Below, piece by piece: positions 20,265 to 29,092 of a DNA stretch of 64,000 nt. The DNA lies in contig JAQGJX010000089.1 in NCBI GenBank assembly GCA_028290405.1, forward strand, positions 12-64,011, in the 5' to 3' direction. A program made the translations under genes and the position numbers. The number at the start of each line of letters is the position of its first letter. Within the stretch, counting starts at the first letter, position 1. The notes beneath the pieces were generated by a model. That model made no database searches. It was given only the letters and a program-made list of their open reading frames with translations, and had not been told where the DNA came from. The stretch comes from Hyphomicrobiales bacterium. Lineage in GTDB: Bacteria; Pseudomonadota; Alphaproteobacteria; Rhizobiales; Beijerinckiaceae.

Positions 20265-21311
20265 ATGCAGATCGGATTATTCGACCATCTCGAGCGCAGC
20301 CCGGACAGGCCTTTGTCGACCCAGTTCGACGAGCGGCTCGAGTTCGCCGTGGCGGCGGACGACGCGGGCTTCTACGGCCTGCACGTCGCCGAACACCATT
20401 GCTCGCCGCTGAACACCATTCCGGTCCCGGGCGTGTGGCTTGCGGCGGTGGCGCGCGCCACCAAGCGCCTGCGCTTCGGGCCGCTGGTCTACCTGCTGCC
20501 GCTCTATTCGCCGCTGCGACTGGCGGAAGAAATCTGCATGCTGGACCACCTCAGCCGGGGCCGTTTCGAGTGCGGCGTGGGACGCGGCGTGTCGCCGTTC
20601 GAGCTCGCCTACCACAAGATCAAGCACGAGGATTCGCGCGACATCTTCAAGGACGCCTACGAGTGCCTGAAGGCCGCCCTGGGCAACGAGACGTTCAGCT
20701 ACGAAAGCGAGCGCTACCAGTACAAGAACGTGCCGATGCCGCTGCGCCCGTTGCAGCAGCCGTGGCCGGCGTTCTGGTACGGTTCCTCGAACGAGGAAGG
20801 CTCCATCTGGGCCGGCGAGCAGGGCATGCACTTCACCACGAACGGCCCGCCCGAGCGCGCCAAGACCAACATCGACGCGTACCGCGCCGCGCTCGCCAAG
20901 CGCGGCGGCGCTGCGCAGCCGAAGGCTGACTTCGCAGGCGGCGCGGCCATCGGCATGATGCGCCACATCGTCGTGGCGGACACCGACGCGGAAGCCGTGC
21001 GCATCGCCAAGCCCGCTCTGGAGCACCACGCGGGTTCGCTCAACTGGATCCGCAAGCTCAACGGCTCAAGCGAGTTCACCAATCGCACCAATGTGCATCG
21101 CGGCGAAAGCTTCGAGAGCTGGCGCGACATGGGCATGGTCATCGCCGGTTCGCCCGAGACCGTGGTGCGCGAGATCACCAAGCAGGTGGGCTTCACCGGC
21201 GTCAATTATCTCATCACCTACCTGTTCTTCGGCACGATGTCGGCGGCGGACGCGCACCGCTCGCTGCAATTGTTCCGCACGCAAGTGATGCCGAAGATCA
21301 AGGATCTTTAG
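20265..21311 (+). CDS. LLM-class flavin-dependent oxidoreductase (luciferase-like monooxygenase)
   Basis: AEHH, PLYSPLRLAEEICMLDHLSRGRFECGVGRG motifs. Confidence 0.9.
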   Translation: MQIGLFDHLERSPDRPLSTQFDERLEFAVAADDAGFYGLHVAEHHCSPLNTIPVPGVWLAAVARATKRLRFGPLVYLLPLYSPLRLAEEICMLDHLSRGRFECGVGRGVSPFELAYHKIKHEDSRDIFKDAYECLKAALGNETFSYESERYQYKNVPMPLRPLQQPWPAFWYGSSNEEGSIWAGEQGMHFTTNGPPERAKTNIDAYRAALAKRGGAAQPKADFAGGAAIGMMRHIVVADTDAEAVRIAKPALEHHAGSLNWIRKLNGSSEFTNRTNVHRGESFESWRDMGMVIAGSPETVVREITKQVGFTGVNYLITYLFFGTMSAADAHRSLQLFRTQVMPKIKDL

Positions 21312-21334
21312 GCCGGGGGCTGCGTCGCGATCGT

Positions 21335-21359
21335 CCTTCTCCCGCGCGGCGGGAGAAGG
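21335..21359. repeat. Palindromic CCTTCTCCC..GGGAGAAGG element between convergent genes
   Basis: ccttctcccgc-gcg-gcgggagaagg; same core as the arms at 27032-27169. Confidence 0.7.
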
Positions 21360-21370
21360 CGGCCGGCGGC

Positions 21371-22510
21371 CTACGCGCCCAGATACACCCGGCAATACCT
21401 GCGCCCCAGGGCGGTCAGGATCTCATACCCGATGGAGCCTGCGCGGGCCGCCAGATCGTCCACGCCGATCTCGTGGCCCAGCAGTTCCACCAGCGCGCCG
21501 GGGGCGGCCGCATCCTGCGGCGCCTGAGTGACGTCGAGCACGATCAGGTCCATCGACACGCGGCCGACGAACGGGCAGCGCACGCCGGCCAGCATCGCTT
21601 CGCCGCCGGGCCTGCCGTCGACGCCCGACGCAGCGCGGGGAATCCCGTCCGCGTAGCCGACGCCGATCGTCGCCAGCGTGCGGGGCCCGGGCGCGTGCCA
21701 TGTCGCGTTGTAGCCGACGCTCGCCATCGCCTCCACGCGGCGCACCTGCAGGATGGGCGCTTGCAGGCGCACCACGGGCCGCATGGGGTTTGGCGCTGCG
21801 GGCGTGGGGTTTCCGCCATAGAGCGCGTAGCCCGCGCGCGCGAGGTCGTAATGCGGCCGCGCGCTCAGGAACACGCCCGACGAATTGCTCATGCTCGCCC
21901 GCGCCCGTGGGAACAACGCGCGCGCCCGCTCGAAAAGCGCGATTTGCGCCGCGTTGAGCGGTTCGTCCGCGACCTCCGAGGACGCAAAATGGCTCATCAC
22001 GAGATCGACCGCGCCGGCGTTGGGGTCCGCGGCGACCTGCGCCGCCTCGTCAAGGCTCATGCCCAGCCGGTTCATGCCGGTGTCCACATGCAGCGCCGCC
22101 GGAGCGCCGGGCGCGCAACGCAGCCAGGTCTCCCATTCCGCCAGCGAGCCGATGACGGGCCTTGCGGCGCACGCCAGCAGCGCGGCGGCGCCGGCCGCCC
22201 CCCAGGCGATGCCGTTCAACGCATAGACGCGCGCATGCGCGAACGCCGACAGCGCGGCGCGGGCGCGGGCGGCTTCGCTGGCGTGGGCGACGAAGTACGT
22301 GGCGCAGCCCGCCGCCGCGAGCGCCTTCGCGGCAGGCTCAAGTCCGATTCCATAAGCGTCCGCTTTGACGACGGCGGCGCATTCCGCCGGGGCCGTGCGG
22401 GCCGCCATGGCGCGCCAGTTGTCGACCAGCGCCGCAAGGTCGATGGTGAGGATGGCCTGCGCCTGCTCCGGCGCGATGGCGTCTCGCGGAAAGGCTTGCG
22501 GCGCAGGCAT
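21371..22510 (-). CDS. alr: Alanine racemase
   Basis: AVVKADAYGIG PLP-lysine motif, LHVDTGMNRLG, GYADG and GRVSMD. Confidence 0.96.
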   Translation of the reverse strand: MPAPQAFPRDAIAPEQAQAILTIDLAALVDNWRAMAARTAPAECAAVVKADAYGIGLEPAAKALAAAGCATYFVAHASEAARARAALSAFAHARVYALNGIAWGAAGAAALLACAARPVIGSLAEWETWLRCAPGAPAALHVDTGMNRLGMSLDEAAQVAADPNAGAVDLVMSHFASSEVADEPLNAAQIALFERARALFPRARASMSNSSGVFLSARPHYDLARAGYALYGGNPTPAAPNPMRPVVRLQAPILQVRRVEAMASVGYNATWHAPGPRTLATIGVGYADGIPRAASGVDGRPGGEAMLAGVRCPFVGRVSMDLIVLDVTQAPQDAAAPGALVELLGHEIGVDDLAARAGSIGYEILTALGRRYCRVYLGA

Positions 22511-22511
22511 T

Positions 22512-24014
22512 TTACATCCGCTCCGGCAGCGCGTCCTCGCGCGCTAGATTGGAGAAGCGCGTCACTTCCGCATCGAACTGGAGGTCCACCGTGCCCGTGG
22601 GGCCGTGGCGCTGCTTGCCGATGATGACCTCCGCGCGCCCGTGCGCGCGCTCCATCTCGGCCAGCCAGTTGGTGAACTCCTCGGTGCCTTCGCGCGGCTG
22701 CTTGTTCTTGATGTAGTACTCTTCGCGATACACGAACATCACCACGTCGGCGTCCTGCTCGATGGAGCCGGATTCGCGCAGGTCCGAGAGTTGCGGGCGC
22801 TTGTCGTCGCGCGATTCCACCTGGCGCGAAAGCTGCGACAGCGCGATCACCGGCGCGCTGAGCTCCTTGGCCAGAGCTTTCAGGCCCGTGGTGATTTCAG
22901 TGAGCTCCTGCACGCGGTTAGAGCCCGCGGATTTGGAGCCCGACAACAACTGGAGATAGTCCACCACCAGCACGTCGAGGCCCTTCTGGCGCTTCAGGCG
23001 CCGCGCGCGCGCCACCAGCTGCGCGATGGAGATGCCGCCGGTCTGGTCGATGTAGAACGGGATCTGCTGCATCTCGCGCGCCGCTTCCGAGATGCGGTGG
23101 AACTCGTGGTCCTGGATGTCGCCGCGGCGGATCTTGTAGGACGGCACGCCCGATTGCTCGGCGATGATACGCGTGGCGAGCTGCTCGGCGGACATTTCCA
23201 GCGAGAAGAAGCCCACGATGCCGCCGTTCTTGGGCACGTGCACGCCGTCTGGGCGCACTTCGTACTCATACGCCTTGGCGATGTTGAAGGCGATGTTGGT
23301 GGCCAGCGCCGTCTTGCCCATGCCCGGGCGGCCGGCGACGATGACAAGATCGGACTGTTGCAGGCCGCCCAACTTCGCGTCGAGGTCGGTCATGCCGGTG
23401 CTGATGCCCGACAGCTTGCCGTCGCGTTCATAGGCGCGCGCAGCTGTGTCGATGGCCGTCGTCAGCGCTTGCGAGAAGGACTGGAAACCGCCGTCGTAGC
23501 GGCCCTGTTCGGCGATCTCGTAAAGCCGGCGCTCGGCTTCCTCGATCTGCGCGCGCGGGTTGAGGTCGACGGGCGAATCATAGGCGGTGTTGACGATCTC
23601 CTCGCCGATGCCGATGAGGTTTCGCCGCACCGCGAGGTCGTAGATGGACCGACCGTAGTCCTCCGCGTTGATGACCGTGGTGGCTTCCGCCGCAAGGCGC
23701 GCGAGGTATTGCGGCACCGTCATGCCGCCCAGATCGTGTTCGCCCAGGAAGGTCTTCAACGTCACCGGCGAGGCGATCTTGCCGGCGCGGATCAACTGCC
23801 CGCCGACCTCGAACACGCGGCGGTGGATCTCTTCGTGGAAGTGCTCGGCGCGCAGGAAGTCGGACACGCGGTCGAAGGCGTCGTTGTTGACGAGAATGGC
23901 GCCCAGCAGCGCCTGCTCCGCCTCGATGTTGTGCGGCGCGAGGCGATAGGCGGGCTGATCCGCCGGGTTGGGCAGAAGAGCGAACCTGCTGGCGATTTGT
24001 TCGACGGCGGCCAT
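22512..24014 (-). CDS. dnaB: Replicative DNA helicase (no intein)
   Basis: APHNIEAEQALLG, AGRPGMGKT, FSLEMSAEQL, VDYLQL and LSDLRESGSIEQDAD. Confidence 0.97.
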   Translation of the reverse strand: MAAVEQIASRFALLPNPADQPAYRLAPHNIEAEQALLGAILVNNDAFDRVSDFLRAEHFHEEIHRRVFEVGGQLIRAGKIASPVTLKTFLGEHDLGGMTVPQYLARLAAEATTVINAEDYGRSIYDLAVRRNLIGIGEEIVNTAYDSPVDLNPRAQIEEAERRLYEIAEQGRYDGGFQSFSQALTTAIDTAARAYERDGKLSGISTGMTDLDAKLGGLQQSDLVIVAGRPGMGKTALATNIAFNIAKAYEYEVRPDGVHVPKNGGIVGFFSLEMSAEQLATRIIAEQSGVPSYKIRRGDIQDHEFHRISEAAREMQQIPFYIDQTGGISIAQLVARARRLKRQKGLDVLVVDYLQLLSGSKSAGSNRVQELTEITTGLKALAKELSAPVIALSQLSRQVESRDDKRPQLSDLRESGSIEQDADVVMFVYREEYYIKNKQPREGTEEFTNWLAEMERAHGRAEVIIGKQRHGPTGTVDLQFDAEVTRFSNLAREDALPERM

Positions 24015-24208
24015 TTTGATCCAGTGCGCAAGACGTTCGGGACCAGCGGAGCTGGTCTTTGGGGAGACGTGTCACGACGACTCAAGGCAGGCAACGATAG
24101 CCCATGCCTGGCCGGCGCAGAACGGGGTTTGCCATGCGCCGCGCGTGGCGCCGAGTGGCGGAAATGTCGGATCGGTTAATGAATGCGTCCCGCCGCAATC
24201 CGGCCCCA

Positions 24209-24217
24209 TTATACACA
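24209..24217 (+). promoter_or_regulatory. DnaA box TTATACACA upstream of dnaB
   Basis: Matches the TTWTNCACA consensus and overlaps a TATAAT hexamer on the minus (dnaB) strand. Confidence 0.55.
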
Positions 24218-24349
24218 GGGTCGAATTCCTCTCGCTTGACGACCTTTCGCAAGCCGCGTCAAAGCCATAGCCGAGCCTGTGCAGTGTCCACGCGCCTGTT
24301 GCGCAAGGCGAATCATGTGCGGCGGCGCGGGCCCGCAAGGACCCGCGAA

Positions 24350-24378
24350 TCAAAACGCCCGCGATTTCTCGCGGGCGT
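24350..24378 (-). terminator. Rho-independent terminator after rplI
   Basis: Minus strand acgcccgcga-gaaa-tcgcgggcgt followed by tttga. Confidence 0.75.
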
Positions 24379-24403
24379 CCTGACGCGTTGGAAACCTGGC
24401 GGC

Positions 24404-24973
24404 TTAGCGGTCGCCGAGGCTGCCGTCGGATTCGGCCAGCGCAGCGCCGATTTCGAGGCCGAGGTCGTCCATCGAGGTCTCTTCGCGCGTCGAGAGCTCT
24501 TCGCCCTTGAACTGGCGCTCGGCTTCCTGGGTGGAGCGGGCGACGTTGATCGTCACCGTGGCTTCCACTTCCGGATGCAGCTGCACCAGCACCGCATGCA
24601 GGCCGATGGCCTTGATGGGGGTGGTGAGCGGGATCTGGTTGCGGTTGACCGAGACGCCGCCGGCGGTGACCGCCTCGGCGATGTCGCGGGTGGAGACCGA
24701 CCCGTAGAGCTGGCCGGTTTCGCCCGCCTGGCGGATGATCACGTAGGTCTGGCCGTCGAGCGTGGCGTGGACCTTCTCGGCCTCAGCCTTCAGCTCGAGG
24801 TTGCGGGCCTCAAGCTGCGCGCGCTGGTCGTCGAAGCGCTTGCGGTTGGACTCGGTGGCGCGCAGCGCCTTGCCGCGCGGCAGCAGGAAGTTGCGGGCGA
24901 ACCCGTCCTTCACCTTCACTTTTTCGCCCATCTGGCCGAGCTTGGGAACGCGCTCCAGCAAAATGACTTCCAT
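24404..24973 (-). CDS. rplI: 50S ribosomal protein L9
   Basis: [27 protein letters not shown] and [10 protein letters not shown]. Confidence 0.97.
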   Translation of the reverse strand: MEVILLERVPKLGQMGEKVKVKDGFARNFLLPRGKALRATESNRKRFDDQRAQLEARNLELKAEAEKVHATLDGQTYVIIRQAGETGQLYGSVSTRDIAEAVTAGGVSVNRNQIPLTTPIKAIGLHAVLVQLHPEVEATVTINVARSTQEAERQFKGEELSTREETSMDDLGLEIGAALAESDGSLGDR

Positions 24974-24988
24974 GACTAGTCTCCTCTT

Positions 24989-25999
24989 TCAGGTTTTCGG
25001 GTTGGTGGGCGCGACCGGGGGCCGGACGCGCGGGGTGAACATCGCCGACAGGCCCATGGCGGCGAAAACCGGCAGGGGCAGCGGGAAGAGAACCAGCAGC
25101 ACCATGTAGACTGCCGAGAGAACGAGGGTGCGCGTCGCCAGCGGGCGGGTCGCGACGTGGACGCTGGCGAGCCCCTTCATGGCCAGCACGGCGCCGATGC
25201 TGGCCGCGATCGCGGCGCCGATGGCGCGCGGCAGGCCGTCCAGCAGGCACAACGCGAGGGACGCCGCCAGGATGGGCCCCATGGCGCGGGGCAGGTCGAA
25301 GTGTTCGGGCAGGTCGAGCCACGGGCGGCGCAGGCTCTTGGACACCAGCGCGATGCGCCCGGCGAGCCACAGATTGAGCGCCATGCAGGCGACCGTCCAG
25401 GCGGCCATGACGGCGGGCGTCGCCATGATGAAGGTGCGCGCGAGGTCTTCCGGCGCGACGTTGCCGGGCAGGGGGCTGTCCTTGCCGCCGAACACGGCCT
25501 CGATCACGGGCACGATGCGGCGGACGGATTCGGTGAGGAACGCCTCGAACGAGCCCCAGCGCGCCACGGCGATCAGGAGGCCCACGATGGCGGCGGCGGC
25601 GGACATGCCGACCATCCAGCCCACGAGCCGGCCGATGGGATACCACACCAGGCCGTCAGGGGCGGGCGTCTCTCCTTCGCGCGGCGGGCGGCCCAGCCAG
25701 GCGAGCCGGGTGAGCTGCCAGGCCGGGAGGGCGGCGGTGGCGGCGAAAAAGCCTGCGAAGACGAAGGCCGGAAAGGCCTCGACGTCCGCGAAAGCCATGA
25801 GGCCGACGAACAGCGCGAGCGTGCCGGCCACGGCGCCGATCAGCGCGGCGGCGGGGCTGAAGGCCAGCCCGGCGATCATCAAGGGGAGGGCAGAAAACAG
25901 CGCGAGCGTCATCGCGAACGCCGTGCCCTTCACCGGAATGAAGAACAGCAGGGCGGCGGCCAGTCCGGCGCCGATCGCAATGGAAACGTTCTGCAGCAT
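24989..25999 (-). CDS. DUF2232/YybS-family membrane protein
   Basis: Polytopic hydrophobic protein in the conserved rpsR-rplI position; WYPIGR and NLWLAGRI..RRPW motifs. Confidence 0.8.
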   Translation of the reverse strand: MLQNVSIAIGAGLAAALLFFIPVKGTAFAMTLALFSALPLMIAGLAFSPAAALIGAVAGTLALFVGLMAFADVEAFPAFVFAGFFAATAALPAWQLTRLAWLGRPPREGETPAPDGLVWYPIGRLVGWMVGMSAAAAIVGLLIAVARWGSFEAFLTESVRRIVPVIEAVFGGKDSPLPGNVAPEDLARTFIMATPAVMAAWTVACMALNLWLAGRIALVSKSLRRPWLDLPEHFDLPRAMGPILAASLALCLLDGLPRAIGAAIAASIGAVLAMKGLASVHVATRPLATRTLVLSAVYMVLLVLFPLPLPVFAAMGLSAMFTPRVRPPVAPTNPKT

Positions 26000-26130
26000 C
26001 GCCTGGGTGTCCCGCCTTTCGAGCGGTTAGGAGGGGATCGGGGTCCGCTCCAGCCTGACCGCGCCGGACCATCCGGGCGGCGGAGATAAACGGGGACGTC
26101 TCCCCGCCCGGAGGCGGGGAGACGAATAGC

Positions 26131-26367
26131 TTAGCGGATCACGTAGGGCAGCAGGCCCATGAAGCGCGCGCGCTTGATGGCCTGGGCCAGTTCACGCTGC
26201 TTTTTGGCGGAAACCGCCGTGATGCGCGAGGGCACGATCTTGCCGCGCTCGGAGATGTAACGCGACAGCAGGCGCGTGTCCTTGAAGTCGATCTTCGGCG
26301 CGTTCGGGCCCGTGAACGGGCAGGTCTTGCGGCGACGGAAGAAGGGGCGGCGGGGTGCGGAAGCCAT
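26131..26367 (-). CDS. rpsR: 30S ribosomal protein S18
   Basis: [30 protein letters not shown] and [13 protein letters not shown]. Confidence 0.97.
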   Translation of the reverse strand: MASAPRRPFFRRRKTCPFTGPNAPKIDFKDTRLLSRYISERGKIVPSRITAVSAKKQRELAQAIKRARFMGLLPYVIR

Positions 26368-26801
26368 TAGTACGCTCCTTCGCTGGCGTCATCACGGGGA
26401 CGGCGGGGACGGTCAGGGCGGTCGCCCCGGTCGCCGCGCGGCCCACGGCGCTCGCCGCGGTCGTCACGGTCGCTGTCTTCGCGCTTGCGCATCATGGCGG
26501 AGGGACCTTCCTCCAGCTCTTCCATGCGGATCGTCATGAAGCGCAGGATGTCTTCATTGATGCCCATCTGGCGTTCCATCTCGGTGATGGCGGCCGGGGG
26601 AGCGTCGATGTTGATGAGCGTGAAGTGCGCCTTGCGGTTCTTCTTGATGCGGTACGCGAGCGTCTTCACGCCCCAGTACTCGATCTTGCCGATCTTGCCG
26701 CCGCCAGCTTCGATGACGCCTTTGAATTGCTCCGTCATCGTTTCCACCTGCTGGGCGGTCACGTCCTGACGGGCAAGATAAATGTGCTCGTAGAGAGCCA
26801 T
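26367..26801 (-). CDS. rpsF: 30S ribosomal protein S6
   Basis: [13 protein letters not shown] and [20 protein letters not shown]. Confidence 0.97.
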   Translation of the reverse strand: MALYEHIYLARQDVTAQQVETMTEQFKGVIEAGGGKIGKIEYWGVKTLAYRIKKNRKAHFTLINIDAPPAAITEMERQMGINEDILRFMTIRMEELEEGPSAMMRKREDSDRDDRGERRGPRGDRGDRPDRPRRPRDDASEGAY

Positions 26802-26977
26802 TGGATCTGCCTTTCTCTAAACTCGCGATAACCCCGGCGCGGAGCCCTCCGAGCCCGGAGAAAGGCTCGACGGAACGCTAATCGAAGGCGGAGACACGGG
26901 AAGACGAGGGTCGCCCCTCTGCCGCTCGCCCACAGGGGCGCACGACCTTCCGTTCAGCCCCCGGCCGGAGCTGCGAA
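26802..26977 (-). ncRNA. Structured rpsF 5' leader (candidate S6:S18 autoregulatory element)
   Basis: About 175 nt between a predicted promoter and the ATG, with pairings ctccggc/gccgggg, gctga..gaagg/ccttc..ttagc, cgcccct/aggggcg and cgagcc/ggctcg. Confidence 0.45.
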
Positions 26978-26983
26978 GCGCGC

Positions 26984-27011
26984 TTTATACGCGGTTTCAG
27001 GGTCGATGCAA
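26984..27011 (-). promoter_or_regulatory. Sigma70-like promoter of the rpsF operon (TTGCAT-N16-TATAAA)
   Basis: Read directly on the minus strand. Confidence 0.6.
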
Positions 27012-27031
27012 TGGGCAAGCCGCCCCTTGTT

Positions 27032-27169
27032 CTTCTCCCGCTCACGGGAGAAGGTGTCGCGCCGCAGGCGTGACGGATGAGGGCGTAGCTGGTGAAGCGC
27101 CACGTCTGGAATCTCCCCGATCCGACCCTTGCTGACGCGATGCCACGTTCTCCCGCGCGCGGGAGAACG
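27032..27169. repeat. Two-armed palindromic intergenic repeat (CIR/RIME-like) with an internal GANTC
   Basis: Left arm cttctcccg-ctca-cgggagaag..ggatgaggg, right arm cgttctcccgc-gc-gcgggagaacg, GAATC at 27109. Confidence 0.75.
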
Positions 27170-27192
27170 ATTTGCGCTCCAGCTTACGGCGA

Positions 27193-27663
27193 TCAAATCG
27201 CGCTGTCGGACGGCCTTGGCGAACTCGCGGCGGTTTCGCTTTCGCGGCCCGCGTCCGTGCGGCCGGGGCGGCGGGGGCGCGGGGAGGGGTAGCGGTAGCG
27301 CGAGGGATCGAAGCCCGCGCGGGAGATCGCCTGGGTGACGGGCCGGTAGGCCATCCACAGGGCGAACGCGCTCACGGCGGCGATCGCCACCCAGAGCTGC
27401 GTGGGATTGTCGTGCGCCCAGCGCGAGACCTGCCGCTGGCCTTCGTCCATGTAGCGCCGGCCGGAGCGCCAGGCGTCCTCGGCGTAGTCCGCGCCCTGCG
27501 CCGCCAGCCTGCGGCCGCGCTCGGCGGCGGTCTCCATCAGGCCGCCGTCGTCCTCCATCTCGGGATCGTAGCTGTGGCCCGACGCGCGCGGATGATAGGG
27601 GCCGAGGTCGGATTCGGCGGTGGGGATCGCCGCGTTGGCGGGAATGCGCGTCTCTGTCGCCAT
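27193..27663 (-). CDS. Hypothetical protein, ElaB/YqjD (DUF883)-like with one C-proximal TM segment
   Basis: Charged helical region followed by WAHDNPTQLWVAIAAVSAFALWMAYR; GGAGG RBS before ATG 27663. Confidence 0.65.
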   Translation of the reverse strand: MATETRIPANAAIPTAESDLGPYHPRASGHSYDPEMEDDGGLMETAAERGRRLAAQGADYAEDAWRSGRRYMDEGQRQVSRWAHDNPTQLWVAIAAVSAFALWMAYRPVTQAISRAGFDPSRYRYPSPRPRRPGRTDAGRESETAASSPRPSDSAI

Positions 27664-27691
27664 GGGGAAAGGCCTCCGTGTGTGTGCGGTC

Positions 27692-27716
27692 AACGCGGCG
27701 CGCCCACGGGCGTTCC
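27692..27716 (-). promoter_or_regulatory. Sigma-EcfG (general stress response) promoter GGAAC-N16-CGTT
   Basis: Minus strand GGAAC gcccgtgggcgcgccg CGTT, about 28 nt before the ATG at 27663. Confidence 0.75.
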
Positions 27717-27719
27717 CCC

Positions 27720-28172
27720 TCAATAGCCGCGCCAGAGCCCCGGGGTGGCGAGTTCGAGCAGGTGCCCGTCCGGATCGCGGAAATAGACGCTGACGCCGCC
27801 GCGCGGCCATGTCGCGCGCGCCTCGATCTCCACGTTGTGGAGCGCCAGGCGCCGCTCCCACGCTGGCAGGTCCTCGGCGGCCACCGAGAAGGCGACGTGC
27901 AGCGGCCCCGCGCCGTCATGGGGCGGGATCATGCCGCCGGGCGTCTCGATGACGCGCAGGGATTCGCCGCGTCGGAACAGCAGCAGCACGCCGCGCCCGC
28001 CGATGTCGTACGCCCGCATCCGCGCGTCCGAATGGATGGGCGTCAGGCCCATCACGTCCTCATAGAAGGCCTGCGTGCGGGCGAGGTCGTCCGCGTACAG
28101 GCAGGTCTCCAGCACGCCTGCAAGGCGCGGGGCGGCGGTCCGGTCGGTCTGCGGCTCAGCGAGGGCGCTCAT
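27720..28172 (-). CDS. VOC family protein (glyoxalase/bleomycin resistance)
   Basis: VLETCLYADDL..AFYEDVMGL, PPHDGAGPLHVAF and SVYFRDPDGHLLELATPG. Confidence 0.9.
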   Translation of the reverse strand: MSALAEPQTDRTAAPRLAGVLETCLYADDLARTQAFYEDVMGLTPIHSDARMRAYDIGGRGVLLLFRRGESLRVIETPGGMIPPHDGAGPLHVAFSVAAEDLPAWERRLALHNVEIEARATWPRGGVSVYFRDPDGHLLELATPGLWRGY

Positions 28173-28229
28173 CGCAGGACCAATGCGCCGCCGGGGCCCC
28201 GGTTCGGCCCCGCGCGAAAATAAGCCGCC

Positions 28230-28255
28230 GGAACCGCTCCCGCGCGGCGCTCGTT
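28230..28255 (+). promoter_or_regulatory. Sigma-EcfG promoter GGAAC-N17-CGTT
   Basis: GGAAC cgctcccgcgcggcgct CGTT, 25 nt before the PRC-barrel ATG (RBS AGGAG). Confidence 0.75.
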
Positions 28256-28280
28256 CTGCCTGCGACACAGGAGCTGAACC

Positions 28281-28715
28281 ATGCCGACGCAATTGCCCGT
28301 CGATCCCAATGAACACCGCCTGCGCGAAGCGGGCTCCATGGAGCTGGACCCCTCCGGAGAGGGCGTGGCGGTGGAGGAAACGGTGCGCCTCATCGCCTCC
28401 AACAAGGTGGAGGGCGCGCCGGTCTACAATGCGGCCGGCGAGGAGCTGGGAACCATCCATAACCTCATGCTCGACAAGTACACCGGGCAGGTGGCCTACG
28501 CGGTCATGCTGTGCGGCGGCTTCCTGGGACTGGGCGGAACCCACCATCCGCTCCCCTGGAAGGCCCTGAAGTACGACCCGAAGGTGGGCGGCTACGTGGT
28601 TAGCGCCGACGACCAGCGCCTGATGACCGCGCCGCGCTATTCCGCCAGCGAAGACCCCTTTGCGGATCCCCAGTTCGCCGGCCGGGTGGACGCGCATTAC
28701 GGCGAGCCGGGGTGA
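28281..28715 (+). CDS. PRC-barrel domain protein
   Basis: LIASNKVEGAPVYNAAGEELGTIHNLMLDKYTGQVAYAVM..GGFLGLG..HHPLPWKALKYD. Confidence 0.9.
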   Translation: MPTQLPVDPNEHRLREAGSMELDPSGEGVAVEETVRLIASNKVEGAPVYNAAGEELGTIHNLMLDKYTGQVAYAVMLCGGFLGLGGTHHPLPWKALKYDPKVGGYVVSADDQRLMTAPRYSASEDPFADPQFAGRVDAHYGEPG

Positions 28716-29026
28716 GCGCGGACGCCCTGCGGGAGGCCTGGCTCATCGAAATCTTCGTGCCCCTTGGCGATCCCCCGCCGAGCCTCGAGGAATTGAGGCG
28801 CACGCTGACCGAACGCTTCGGGGGCGTCACGGCCTTTGAGCGGGCGCCCGCGCGCGGCTTCTGGGCGGCCGACGACGGAAGGGTGGAGGAGGACCGGATC
28901 GTCGTGCTCGAGGTGATGGCGGACGCCTACGACGCAGCATTCTGGGGCGGCCTCAAGCGAAACCTTGAGCGAACGCTACGACAGGAGGAGGTTCTTGTCA
29001 GGGTCACGAAGACCGCACGCGTCTGA
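28712..29026 (+). CDS. Conserved hypothetical protein (104 aa)
   Basis: GTGA overlap with the PRC gene. Pattern LTERFGGVTAF.RAPA.GFW..D.IVV.EVMA..W..L.RNLE..RQEEV.VR resembles an uncharacterised family I recall from Proteobacteria. Confidence 0.75.
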   Translation: MSADALREAWLIEIFVPLGDPPPSLEELRRTLTERFGGVTAFERAPARGFWAADDGRVEEDRIVVLEVMADAYDAAFWGGLKRNLERTLRQEEVLVRVTKTARV

Positions 29027-29031
29027 TTGCC

Positions 29032-29092
29032 GAACACACAGAGAACAAAGCGCGTAACCCCCGCTGACGCAAGGGGAGAACTATTCGTGAAC
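29032..29092. promoter_or_regulatory. Two tandem LexA boxes GAAC-N7-GAAC in a convergent intergenic gap
   Basis: GAAC-acacaga-GAAC (29032-29046) and GAAC-tattcgt-GAAC (29078-29092). Confidence 0.7.

Noticed and set aside
22512-24014. Intein or programmed frameshift in dnaB
   Set aside because: 500 aa of continuous helicase motifs with no insertion.
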